Assembly: GCA_035694865.1 (NCBI GenBank)
Contig: DASSFC010000042.1
Location: 1 to 46,014, forward strand
Length of the DNA stretch: 46,014 bases
Direction of reading: 5' to 3'
Source of the DNA: Candidatus Saccharimonadales bacterium
GTDB taxonomy: Bacteria; Patescibacteriota; Saccharimonadia; Saccharimonadales; UBA10212
Shown here: in pieces, positions 1 to 8,452 of the stretch
How the letters are laid out: each line of letters begins with the position of its first letter
How positions within the stretch are numbered: position 1 is the stretch's first letter
Translations under genes and position numbers: made by a program
The notes under the pieces: generated by a model
Database searches by the model: none
The model's input: the letters and a program-made list of their open reading frames with translations, nothing else
What the model was told of the DNA's origin: nothing

Positions 1-88
1 CCCCCCCCGCGACCAGACCCAAACCGGCCAAAACCAGCCGCACAGGGATCCGGCGGCCAAAGATTTCAAATAGTTTGCGGCTTGGCAT
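1..88 (-). CDS. partial CDS (first 29 codons, runs off left edge); hydrophobic N-terminus, product unknown
   Basis: Reverse complement of 1-88 reads MPSRKLFEIFGRRIPVRLVLAGLGLVAGG with no stop before the window edge. No clear SD. Absent from the ORF track because it is truncated. Confidence 0.25.
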   Translation of the reverse strand, partial: MPSRKLFEIFGRRIPVRLVLAGLGLVAGG

Positions 89-169
89 TTTTTATCATTA
101 GTACTTTAAGGCCAATTATAGCAAATTTTCTCTTATAAAACTCCTTTGGGCGTGGTGCGGGCCAGCCGC

Positions 170-199
170 TTGACGCGCCCTAGCCTTCCCTCTTATGCT
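170..199 (+). promoter_or_regulatory. sigma70-like promoter TTGACG-18-TATGCT for the mini-prepilin ORF (near-leaderless)
   Basis: TTGACG at 170-175 and TATGCT at 194-199. The ATG at 208 lies only 8 nt after the -10 and has no SD. Confidence 0.35.
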
Positions 200-207
200 A
201 AAAGCAA

Positions 208-333
208 ATGAAGTGGCGTCCAACTGAGGTTTTCAGACCAAAAAACCAGGCCGGCTATACCTTGTTGGAGCTGATAGTTGTCTTGATAATCGTAGCTATT
301 TTAGTGGCCGTTCTCATCTGGAAAAACACTTAA
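208..333 (+). CDS. 41-aa mini-prepilin-like peptide (leader plus hydrophobic helix only, no globular domain)
   Basis: My own translation is MKWRPTEVFRPKNQAG/YTLLELIVVLIIVAILVAVLIWKNT. It has the class III signal pattern: G, then aromatic +1, Glu at +5, and a hydrophobic helix. It is below the ORF-track size cutoff. Confidence 0.45.
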   Translation: MKWRPTEVFRPKNQAGYTLLELIVVLIIVAILVAVLIWKNT

Positions 334-440
334 CAGACCGTTATTACTCGGGAAAGGTAGTAGCCGCAGTTCGCTATAAGCGAATTTGGATTTATTCCAA
401 AAGCGGCGTTGAAGGAAAACCGCAGGTTGTCCTTCAAGTT

Positions 441-1568
441 TTAGAAGTGGACGTAGCTGTGGCTGGGGTGCTGGGCTTCCAGCGGTTTGAGCCAGGTTGA
501 GAGATTCTGGAGATTGAAAACGATATGCTCCGCGGTGACACTGTCACCTTTTTGACTGGTAAGCTTGACTATCTGCAGGCTAGGCCCCTGGTCGGATAAT
601 ATCGGGCTGGCCAGGATGATATCGGAAAACTGGCCGACCTTCATGTTAAACAGGGCGTTTATGACCTCTGGTGGTACATTCGGGTTAGTTTTATTGAAAG
701 AGCCGCCGTAATCACCGCCGTTTGTCTTGGCGCTCGGGTCTTCTGAGACGGCTTTAGCCAGCGTGGCGAAATCACTGCCGGACTTAAGCTGGCGCAGGGC
801 TTCTTGGGCCCGGGCGTTGGCATCGGTATCAAGCGCAGCATTGACTTTCTCAGTTAAAATTTGCTGCTTAAGACTACGCTTAAAGTCATTGACCGACCAG
901 CCCCAATAACTGCTCAGCACATCGGCGAAAACTTTGTTGTTACCGCCCAAGCGGTTCTGGTCGCGGACTTCGTTTAACCGTTCATTTATTTCTCTACTGC
1001 TGACGCTTACGTGATTTTGGCCGGCCAGCTGTTTGGTGTAGGCCTGGTTAATCACGTCGGCCAGAGCCTGGCGGCGGAACTGGACCAACTGGCCCCTGTC
1101 AGCGCCGGCAAAATCACGCTGCTGCTGTGATTCGTAATAATGTACGTAGCGTCTCAGTTCGAACAAATAATTTTCATAATTTACATAGTGCGAACCGGCC
1201 TTGGCAATCGGGAAAGGCACTACCTGGGTTACCCGGTAAACAAACGTGTTGTACTGGTAGAACTTATAAAGCGCCAGCGAGCAATAGACTAACAGCGCGA
1301 TTATGGCCGTGACCATAACCGTGACAGTCACGGCGATGATACGGCGCTTGGAGTGGGCCAGCGGATAGATATACTTGCGGGCACCTTTTAGGACCTCTTC
1401 CCTGTGCTCACCGATGTTCTCGGTGGTAATTTTTGGTACATCTTCCAAAGATTGCGGCGAATTATCCGCCCGGCTGAGCGGATTCAAACTGGCGGCCTTC
1501 TCGGACACCACTTCGGGCACTATGCCCTTAGTCTTCTTGCTACGTCTCAGTTTAGGTTTCTTCACCAT
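441..1568 (-). CDS. membrane-anchored PpiC/parvulin-type peptidyl-prolyl isomerase (PrsA/SurA-like foldase)
   Basis: Basic N-tail plus one TM helix (IIAVTVTVMVTAIIALLVYCSLAL). C-terminal parvulin-like block GGDYGGSFNKTNPNVPPEVINALFNMKVGQFSDII. Confidence 0.75.
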   Translation of the reverse strand: MVKKPKLRRSKKTKGIVPEVVSEKAASLNPLSRADNSPQSLEDVPKITTENIGEHREEVLKGARKYIYPLAHSKRRIIAVTVTVMVTAIIALLVYCSLALYKFYQYNTFVYRVTQVVPFPIAKAGSHYVNYENYLFELRRYVHYYESQQQRDFAGADRGQLVQFRRQALADVINQAYTKQLAGQNHVSVSSREINERLNEVRDQNRLGGNNKVFADVLSSYWGWSVNDFKRSLKQQILTEKVNAALDTDANARAQEALRQLKSGSDFATLAKAVSEDPSAKTNGGDYGGSFNKTNPNVPPEVINALFNMKVGQFSDIILASPILSDQGPSLQIVKLTSQKGDSVTAEHIVFNLQNLSTWLKPLEAQHPSHSYVHF

Positions 1569-2154
1569 CGTGTTTGGCCGCTGTCTCCTCGTGCTGCGGG
1601 GTGCGGGCGCTGTGGTGGATTCCTAAATCTCGTAAAATATGCACCATCTTGCTTTGGACTTTCTCCGGATGGTGCACTTGCCTTATCACCAAATCGCCCA
1701 CGTAAGTTTGCACTATTATTGTACCAAAATGCAGGATGGTTTCCTCGAGGCCGGCGACCTGGTAATTAATCATCTGGATCTGGTCCAAACCAATATCTAC
1801 TACGTCGACCTGCAGCAGTGAACGGTTCTGCTGGATAAAGCGTTTATTGGTCATGATGTAAACGCTAAAGTACCACTTTACCCACCAGGGGAAAATCAGA
1901 ATCCAGGCGATGATGAAGCTGGCCAGCAGGCTGGCAAAAAAGAAGGTCAGGCTGGGCGGATTATTTTTATGGACATAGGTCAGGATGAGTGTGTAAACCG
2001 GGCCGACCAGCATGCCAAAAGAGGCCAATATCAGGCCCTTACGCATGACGATCGGGTGTTTGCGAAACACCATCATCGTCTCTTCGTCGTCGAATTGTTC
2101 TTTGAAATGTTTGCTTTTCGGGGCTGGGTTATCACTGCCCTGCTTTTCGCTCAT
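1552..2154 (-). CDS. membrane protein, possibly bacterial PH-domain (YdbS/YdbT-like)
   Basis: Two TM helices (LILASFGMLVGPVYTLILTY and FFFASLLASFIIAWILIFPWW) followed by a soluble domain of about 90 aa. The stop overlaps the next gene by 17 nt. Family call is tentative. Confidence 0.55.
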   Translation of the reverse strand: MSEKQGSDNPAPKSKHFKEQFDDEETMMVFRKHPIVMRKGLILASFGMLVGPVYTLILTYVHKNNPPSLTFFFASLLASFIIAWILIFPWWVKWYFSVYIMTNKRFIQQNRSLLQVDVVDIGLDQIQMINYQVAGLEETILHFGTIIVQTYVGDLVIRQVHHPEKVQSKMVHILRDLGIHHSARTPQHEETAAKHDGEET

Positions 2155-2195
2155 GGCTATATTGTATCTGAATCTCTAAAAAACAGGGACAAAGG

Positions 2196-3365
2196 CTAAA
2201 AAGCGCTTACGGTCACAGAATAGGAGGTCATCGAGTTTGTTCTTGATCGACAAGTTCCCCACCACACATAACCTGGGCTGCTAGGGGTACCGCTTGAGCC
2301 GGCCGGCGGTGAACCTGTGAATGATGGCTGCCACAGGGCGCAGTGTTTTAATATGATGTACTTAATCGCAACGTCAGATGATACGGAAGGTAGATTAAAT
2401 ACTAGCGATGGATTAAGCGTGGTTTTGAGCGCTGGTATATCTTGAGACAGAGGTGATCTAAAAAATGGCGCTGAGGAGATACTATCGTAGTTCACACCTT
2501 CGCTACACGTCGTTAAATCCGTACAAAACTCCATGAACATCTGCTCATTAGGGCTATCGCTTAAAGGATGGCCAGTATTGGTTGTAGAAACAGTTATCGT
2601 GTAGGTGCAGCTCGGTTTTAAAGTGAAGTTATAGCCGAACTTCGCCAAATCAAAAGGCTCAACCCGCCGGCCACCAGTACCGTCAGCTCTATATGGCACG
2701 CCAACCACTGTGTTTACAGGATTACTGTTCAGCAAATATAATCCCAAATTGTCATTTTCCCCAAAAGTAGGCGACGGAATAATAGGGGTGCAGATGGGAC
2801 TAGGACTAGGAGGAGGACCCGCTGCTAGGGGTGTTCCCAGGCTGGCTGTGCCACCATTGATTCTAAAGTAAGTACTAGACTGGTTGGTTGCCCCGCCGCC
2901 GCTTCGGTCCCAGCGGACAATAACCTGGTATAGGGTCGGGTGCGTGGTTACACCGGATAGCTGGGTTGTTTTAATATCTGTGTAGTAAGTAACGCCATCG
3001 CCGGCCTTATTAGCCGTACATTTACTGTCATAACCTGTTAGCGGACTTTTATCGGTGGGTGATGGGTTGGTTATCGGCAGCCAGCCGCTGCTGCCAGGAG
3101 TGGTAGCTGAGTTATCCAGGCAAAAATGATTATTGCCGGCATATCCGAAATTAGTCTCAAAATTATTCGGGTCGTTTTGGTAGCGCAGCCTTAAGTCAGT
3201 TATCTGGTTCTCAATGTAATTCAGTGCTTGGTTGTGTTCCCTGGCAGTTATAGTCTGGTTCAATCCGCGCTGGGCGGTAGCATAGGTTATGCCGATGCCA
3301 AAAGCGGCAATGCCTATAGCTAGCAACACTTCGACGATGGTGTCCCCTCGCCCTTTTCTGCTCAT
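2196..3365 (-). CDS. long type IV pilin-like protein: minor-pilin module plus Pro-rich linker plus a C-terminal domain of about 190 aa
   Basis: ORF-track start trimmed to the ATG at 3365 (MSRKGRG/DTIVEVLLAIGIAAFGIGI, Glu at +5). The first ~200 aa are paralogous to ORF 6882-7535. Then comes PLAAGPPPSPSPICTPIIPSP and a Cys-containing extension. Confidence 0.8.
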   Translation of the reverse strand: MSRKGRGDTIVEVLLAIGIAAFGIGITYATAQRGLNQTITAREHNQALNYIENQITDLRLRYQNDPNNFETNFGYAGNNHFCLDNSATTPGSSGWLPITNPSPTDKSPLTGYDSKCTANKAGDGVTYYTDIKTTQLSGVTTHPTLYQVIVRWDRSGGGATNQSSTYFRINGGTASLGTPLAAGPPPSPSPICTPIIPSPTFGENDNLGLYLLNSNPVNTVVGVPYRADGTGGRRVEPFDLAKFGYNFTLKPSCTYTITVSTTNTGHPLSDSPNEQMFMEFCTDLTTCSEGVNYDSISSAPFFRSPLSQDIPALKTTLNPSLVFNLPSVSSDVAIKYIILKHCALWQPSFTGSPPAGSSGTPSSPGYVWWGTCRSRTNSMTSYSVTVSAF

Positions 3366-3506
3366 GATTATCATTATATCTTCAGTGGGCTTTAACCCCA
3401 AGCCGTGGAGCTCCGGCTTGGGGAGAAGCCAGAACAATGCAGGCCAAACTAAAAACGCGCCACTTGATTGCGTATCTTTCTAGCTCGGCTGTAATCTGTT
3501 TTGACG

Positions 3507-3581
3507 TGGTGCCCCCGAGAGGATTCGAACCTCTAGCTTCTCCTTAGGACGGAGCTATTTTATCCATTGAACTACAGGGGC
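3507..3581 (-). tRNA. tRNA-Arg (anticodon CCU), CCA encoded
   Basis: Reverse complement is GCCCCTGTAGTTCAATGGATAAAATAGCTCCGTCCTAAGGAGAAGCTAGAGGTTCGAATCCTCTCGGGGGCACCA. It has a 7-bp acceptor stem, a GTTCGAATC T-loop and an anticodon loop GTCCTAA. Confidence 0.9.
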
Positions 3582-3615
3582 TTACTTAAATATTACCTAA
3601 TTTCGGGTCTGTGCC

Positions 3616-4110
3616 CTATTGGGTAAGGTCTTGGTGGGCGGTTTTATAATCGAGAAGTTCTTCGGCTTTGAACCAGTGCATTATCTCGGCCTCGGCTTCA
3701 GCTTCGTCAGCCGAAGCGTGGATTAAGTTGGCTAGTCCCCCACCCTTTTGGTTGGCGTGTTTGATTGTCATGTGGGCGTAGTCGCCGCGGATAGTGCCCG
3801 GCGCGGCTGCGTGCGGTTCGGTTTCGCCGACCATTTTACGGACTGTAGCCACTGCTTCAACACCTTCTAGTACGGCGGCAATGACGGGTCCCATCATCAT
3901 AAAGTCGGCGTTGCGCCGGTAGACTTCTTCGCCGCGCCGGCTGATCAGCTGGCCGATGTTCTCATAATGATGGTGGTAATGAGATTCATCGGGCGCGACC
4001 ATCTTCAGGCCCACTATTTTCAGGCCTGCCCGTTCAAAACGGGTCAGTAATTCGCCGGTTATGCCGCGGGCCACGGCATCGGGCTTAAGAACAATCAAAG
4101 TTTTTTGCAT
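3616..4110 (-). CDS. ndk: nucleoside diphosphate kinase
   Basis: Start trimmed to MQKTLIVLKPDAVARG (ATG at 4110). NDK blocks are present, including GTIRGDYA and HASD. Confidence 0.9.
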   Translation of the reverse strand: MQKTLIVLKPDAVARGITGELLTRFERAGLKIVGLKMVAPDESHYHHHYENIGQLISRRGEEVYRRNADFMMMGPVIAAVLEGVEAVATVRKMVGETEPHAAAPGTIRGDYAHMTIKHANQKGGGLANLIHASADEAEAEAEIMHWFKAEELLDYKTAHQDLTQ

Positions 4111-4167
4111 TAAACCTATTTTAACAGATACGGTTAAGATAACAACTCGGCCAGCCTCTGTTAGAAT

Positions 4168-5091
4168 ATGGTTATGGATTACGAAAAAGCCGTCGCCGAT
4201 TTTTTGGAATATCTTGAACTCGAACAGAACCGTTCGCTCAAAACTATCCAAAACTACAGCCACTATCTAACCCGCCTGAGCGACTTTGCCGGCGACATCA
4301 AGCTGGCCGATATCGATACCGAGCTGGTCCGCAAATGGCGCCTATGGCTTAACCGCCTGCCGACCAACAATTCTGATGAGCTGTCTAAAATGACCCAGAA
4401 TTATCACCTGATTGCCCTGCGATCGTTTCTGCGTTTTTGCGCCAAACGCAATTGGGAGACTCTCCAGCCGGATAAAATCGAGCTGGCCCGCACCAAGCGG
4501 CCGCAGGTGACTTTTTTGACAGCCGACGAGCTGGAGAGGCTGACTAGCCAGCCGGATACTACCAAGCTTAATGGTTTACGCGACCGGGCGATTTTAGAAC
4601 TGCTTTTCTCTAGCGGACTGCGGGTTTCGGAGCTGGTCGGCCTTGACCGGGACCATGTTAATTTAAAGCGGCGCGAATTCATGGTCCGGGGCAAAGGCCA
4701 AAAAGACCGGCCGATTTTTATAAGCCCCGAGGCGGCCGACTGGATACAAAAATATCTGGATATGAGGACCGATAATACCAAACCGATGTTTATCCGATAC
4801 AGCGGCAACAAACAAATTGATAACAGCGGGAACTTTACGCGGCTGACCGCCCGCAGTATCCAGCGTATGGTCGGCCGCTACGCTAAACTGGCCGGCATCA
4901 CCAAACACGTCAGCCCTCACACCCTGCGCCACAGCTTCGCCACCGATTTATTGATGAACGGCGCCGATTTGCGCAGTGTGCAGGCCATGCTGGGCCATTC
5001 CAATATCGCCACGACCCAGATTTATACCCACGTCACTGACCCGCACCTAAAAGCGGTCCACGAAAAATTCCACGCCAAAAAACAGGCCTAA
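4168..5091 (+). CDS. xerC: tyrosine site-specific recombinase, XerC/XerD type
   Basis: N-terminal SAM-like core-binding region (FLEYLELEQNRSLKTIQNYSHYL). Catalytic C-terminus has RVSEL, HTLRHSFATDLL and LGHSNIATTQIYTHV. Confidence 0.88.
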   Translation: MVMDYEKAVADFLEYLELEQNRSLKTIQNYSHYLTRLSDFAGDIKLADIDTELVRKWRLWLNRLPTNNSDELSKMTQNYHLIALRSFLRFCAKRNWETLQPDKIELARTKRPQVTFLTADELERLTSQPDTTKLNGLRDRAILELLFSSGLRVSELVGLDRDHVNLKRREFMVRGKGQKDRPIFISPEAADWIQKYLDMRTDNTKPMFIRYSGNKQIDNSGNFTRLTARSIQRMVGRYAKLAGITKHVSPHTLRHSFATDLLMNGADLRSVQAMLGHSNIATTQIYTHVTDPHLKAVHEKFHAKKQA

Positions 5092-5099
5092 TGGCCCAG

Positions 5100-6263
5100 T
5101 TAGTGTCCGTTATTGGGACCGCCAACCACACCACCACCGCCGGCGGGCAAGGCGCAGGCCGGATCCGTTGTCTCATTTAGATGAGGTGCCCCATATTGAC
5201 CCTGGCCGGAAATATCGACAGTAAAGTTCTTACAGAGAGTTTCCATGGATTGGACAGCATAATTAGGCAGGCTGAACTGACTATTCAAATCAACCGTCGT
5301 CCGTAAACGCTGGATAATATCTGAGCCCTGCCCAGTAACGTCTACAATGGCTTGGGATTTAACAAAGTCGACAGTTTTATTACTGTTATCGGTGCCCTCG
5401 ACGCTTACTTTCAGTGGAGCGTATTGTGCTGTTAGGTAAAGATAGTAAGTATATGAGCTGTTTAGGTTCTTAACTTCGCTATTGCAGTAATGCGGGTCCT
5501 GATCCGGCGACGGCACCGGAATAGGCCGCGGATTCTTACAATTACCCGGTACAAAGTTGCCATTTGTCCCGCCTGGGCCACTGGCTACACTGTAACTGCC
5601 AGTAGTGTAGTCAGTTGTACCGGGAATGCCTGTGATACTACCGTTAGGATACAAGTAATACACCCGCAGGTTGCCAGATAATTGGCTGTCGCTAAAGGTA
5701 CCGCTTGGCGGTACGCCATAAATTCCTACCCTCAAGACTCCAGTTGCCCCCTTGCCGGCGGCGCTATCTTCAGGCGGTAAGCTGTTGCCGGCAGGTAACC
5801 ATTTGGTAGACGGTGATTGATTTTCCCAGGCAATGAAAAGGTTTTGTAGGTTAGCGGCGGACACTTTAAGTAACTGCGGCTCGCCGGGATAGACAGTTGC
5901 CTTTAGTACTTGCGGACTGGTATCGACGCTGATGCAGGAATATTTAGCTGCGCCAGCCCCCCCGGAAAGGTCTTGTGAAAAATATTGATTTCCATCGACA
6001 GGAGATGTAGGCCAGTTGGCACAGCCGCTAAAACCGGTGCCGCCAGCCACCAAATAAGCGATTGCGTCGTTGATACCCGACTGGGCAGCGTAATAAGCTT
6101 GGGTGGCTAATTCGCGGTCGGAAGCCTGGCGCAGCTCCCTGTCGGCCAACTTTGAGAAACCGATAGCTATCAAAGATAATGTGATAGTCAATATCGTCAC
6201 TACCAGGATCGAAACTATCCCCCGCTCGTTCTTATGCCACTTATTTGATATCAAACTGTCCAT
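5100..6263 (-). CDS. PilX-like minor pilin / pilus assembly protein
   Basis: N-terminus NERGIVSILVVTILTITLSLIAIGF followed by RELRQASDRELATQAYYAAQSGINDA, a PilX_N-like pattern. Located inside the pilin cluster. Confidence 0.6.
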   Translation of the reverse strand: MDSLISNKWHKNERGIVSILVVTILTITLSLIAIGFSKLADRELRQASDRELATQAYYAAQSGINDAIAYLVAGGTGFSGCANWPTSPVDGNQYFSQDLSGGAGAAKYSCISVDTSPQVLKATVYPGEPQLLKVSAANLQNLFIAWENQSPSTKWLPAGNSLPPEDSAAGKGATGVLRVGIYGVPPSGTFSDSQLSGNLRVYYLYPNGSITGIPGTTDYTTGSYSVASGPGGTNGNFVPGNCKNPRPIPVPSPDQDPHYCNSEVKNLNSSYTYYLYLTAQYAPLKVSVEGTDNSNKTVDFVKSQAIVDVTGQGSDIIQRLRTTVDLNSQFSLPNYAVQSMETLCKNFTVDISGQGQYGAPHLNETTDPACALPAGGGGVVGGPNNGH

Positions 6264-6268
6264 CTTTT

Positions 6269-6892
6269 TTAAGTGTTCTCCAATACAGTACTATCATAGT
6301 CCACTGTGGCGCAAAGGCTGGTATCGCTCAGACTGCCGGTGCACTGGGCATCCTTTGCCTGGTACGTTGGTGTAGTCGAGCCGGTAAATAAACCGTTCGA
6401 ACTGCCGCCGTAAAATACAACGTGTATATGCACATTACAGCGGCCGGATTGACAAGCAGTGGGCGAGCTATAATCGGTTATATCGTTAAGCTGCATACCG
6501 GAGTCAAGCATATGTACGCAGCCGGAACCACAAGGAAGGATATTAGCAGGTACGCAGTTTCCGCCATTATTATCGCGCTCGATACCAGGGTTACTACCAT
6601 TGACTTGAGTGCCAAGCTGATACAGATAACGATGAATGCCAATGCAAAAACCTCCTGAAGTAGGTTGGGGGCCCCCTCTAGTGAACTGGATATCATCGGA
6701 GATACTTTGTACTACGTTACGAGCATCTTCCTGGGTCTTACTCATACTGACACCCTTATAAAACAAGTCGCCAGTCCGGATAAAAGCAGCCAGCATGACA
6801 ATCAACAGCAATGAAAATATCAAGGTCGCTATTAGCAGCTCGATGATGGTAAAACCTGTTTGTGTGTTGTGGTCAGCAGCTCTACGACGCAT
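6269..6892 (-). CDS. type IV minor pilin (prepilin-type N-terminal cleavage/methylation domain)
   Basis: MRRRAADHNTQTG/FTIIELLIATLIFSLLLIVML with Glu at +5. Overlaps the upstream pilin gene by 11 nt. Confidence 0.8.
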   Translation of the reverse strand: MRRRAADHNTQTGFTIIELLIATLIFSLLLIVMLAAFIRTGDLFYKGVSMSKTQEDARNVVQSISDDIQFTRGGPQPTSGGFCIGIHRYLYQLGTQVNGSNPGIERDNNGGNCVPANILPCGSGCVHMLDSGMQLNDITDYSSPTACQSGRCNVHIHVVFYGGSSNGLFTGSTTPTYQAKDAQCTGSLSDTSLCATVDYDSTVLENT

Positions 6893-7535
6893 ACGTCGTC
6901 CCCCTGTATGAATACAGTTTAACTAAGCTATTCGGTAATGCATAGCCTAAAGTTTGGCTGGCAAATCCATCCGGCCGGAAAAAGACGCTCGCCTGGTTGA
7001 CTTGGCCGCCGCCCGCCCGCTGCCACCGGACCAGCACCTGGTACACATTAGGGTTATTCGTTATGGGTGAAGCCAGCGCTTTGGCCTTGATATCAATATA
7101 ATAAATAACCCCGTCGCCGGCTTTTTGATAGACGCATGGAGTGTAGTAAGGGCTGGTAGCGGTAGGCGCAGAACTGTTGGCTAAATTGGTTGCTTCATAA
7201 TCAGTTACGGGGTCGTTGTAATTTGTGTAAGGACCCCAATTGGCATCGGTTGGCACGACAGCAGTGTTATCCAGGCAAAAATGGGTTGTGCCGTTGCCGA
7301 AATTAGCATTGAAGTCGGCCGGGGAAGAGCTTTTGGCAAAACGTAGGCGCAGGTCGGTCACCTGGTTTTCGATAAGATTAAGAGCCTCGTTGTGTTCCCT
7401 CGCCGTAATTGACTGGTTAAGGCTGCGCTGGGCCGTGGCAAAAGTGATGGCGATTGCAAAAGCGGCGATGGCGATGGCCAGCAATACCTCTACTATAGTA
7501 TCGCCGCGGAATCTTTTACTTGGCAATTTTAGCAT
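6882..7535 (-). CDS. type IV minor pilin, paralog of the N-terminal half of 2196-3365
   Basis: KRFRG/DTIVEVLLAIAIAAFAIAITFATAQRSLNQSITAREHNEALN. Shared blocks HFCLDN, KAGDGV.YY.DIK and YQV.VRW.R.GGG. Confidence 0.8.
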   Translation of the reverse strand: MLKLPSKRFRGDTIVEVLLAIAIAAFAIAITFATAQRSLNQSITAREHNEALNLIENQVTDLRLRFAKSSSPADFNANFGNGTTHFCLDNTAVVPTDANWGPYTNYNDPVTDYEATNLANSSAPTATSPYYTPCVYQKAGDGVIYYIDIKAKALASPITNNPNVYQVLVRWQRAGGGQVNQASVFFRPDGFASQTLGYALPNSLVKLYSYRGTTYAS

Positions 7536-8386
7536 GAGACATAGTTTAGGTTTGTCTGTGCACCAACACCACCGCTACTAACAATAGATATTTCGGCGGT
7601 TCGTTTTCCGTCTGATAAACAGACGACGTATTTATTTAAAGCAGGCGGATTTAGGATTGGGGGTGTAACATTGCACAAGCCCAACAACTTGAGACAATCG
7701 TCGACCTGGCTACTGTTTTTACCAAAGTCTCCAGGGATTGTAAATTGATATACGTTCAAATCTTCAGCACCGTTACTGGTACCAGAGTTTTGGGTATTAA
7801 GACTATTAAAAAAACCGATTACGTGGCTCTGTGTACTTTGTGATGGTTGTGACGTACAAGCCCCTACCGAACATACCCACTTGACATAGGCCGGAGCTAA
7901 ACTGAAAGTCTCGGTTAAATCCAGGCTGGAAATGCCGTCGGCCGCCTTTGGTTTGCTGTGGTACATATCGGTTGGAGAAGAATCGGTCGGACCGGGCGTG
8001 TTAGGGCAATCAGCTAGACGGCAGCCGAAAACCGAATAGGTATATAAGTTCTCAGCTTGGGTTGGATTAGTCGGAAAATCTGTGAACTGAATGGCTTTGC
8101 CTAAGAAAACGCACTGAGGTGTAGTAGATGGTCCGCCAGTTTGGATTGATGGCCTACCACCTACAATCGAACAGTTCTGCTGGCTGGGATCGGCACCAGT
8201 AAAGCCGGTCGAGACATCGTTCATCCAATCCTGGAGTTTGGACTGAGTGTCGCGCATCTTTTGATTGAAATCAGTTTCGGCCTGCTTACCGCTTATGAGG
8301 CTCCAGGAAGCCATAGCTATAAATAAGGAGATGGCAAGAAAAATCATTACCTCAACAATGGTGTATCCATCTGACACACGCCGCAT
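7529..8386 (-). CDS. type IV minor pilin
   Basis: MRRVSDG/YTIVEVMIFLAISLFIAMASW prepilin motif with Glu at +5. Confidence 0.8.
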   Translation of the reverse strand: MRRVSDGYTIVEVMIFLAISLFIAMASWSLISGKQAETDFNQKMRDTQSKLQDWMNDVSTGFTGADPSQQNCSIVGGRPSIQTGGPSTTPQCVFLGKAIQFTDFPTNPTQAENLYTYSVFGCRLADCPNTPGPTDSSPTDMYHSKPKAADGISSLDLTETFSLAPAYVKWVCSVGACTSQPSQSTQSHVIGFFNSLNTQNSGTSNGAEDLNVYQFTIPGDFGKNSSQVDDCLKLLGLCNVTPPILNPPALNKYVVCLSDGKRTAEISIVSSGGVGAQTNLNYVSC

Positions 8387-8452
8387 ACGCCTCAGTATAG
8401 CATAAGCGGTATGTAAAATAACTCTTTAAACGTTAAGCTCTAACTGGGGTGG

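Noticed and set aside
1-8. Run of eight C at the very start of the window
   Set aside because: It sits at the sequence edge inside a truncated ORF. It is most likely a contig-end or assembly artefact, or simply Gly codons on the minus strand, and does not look like a biological signal.
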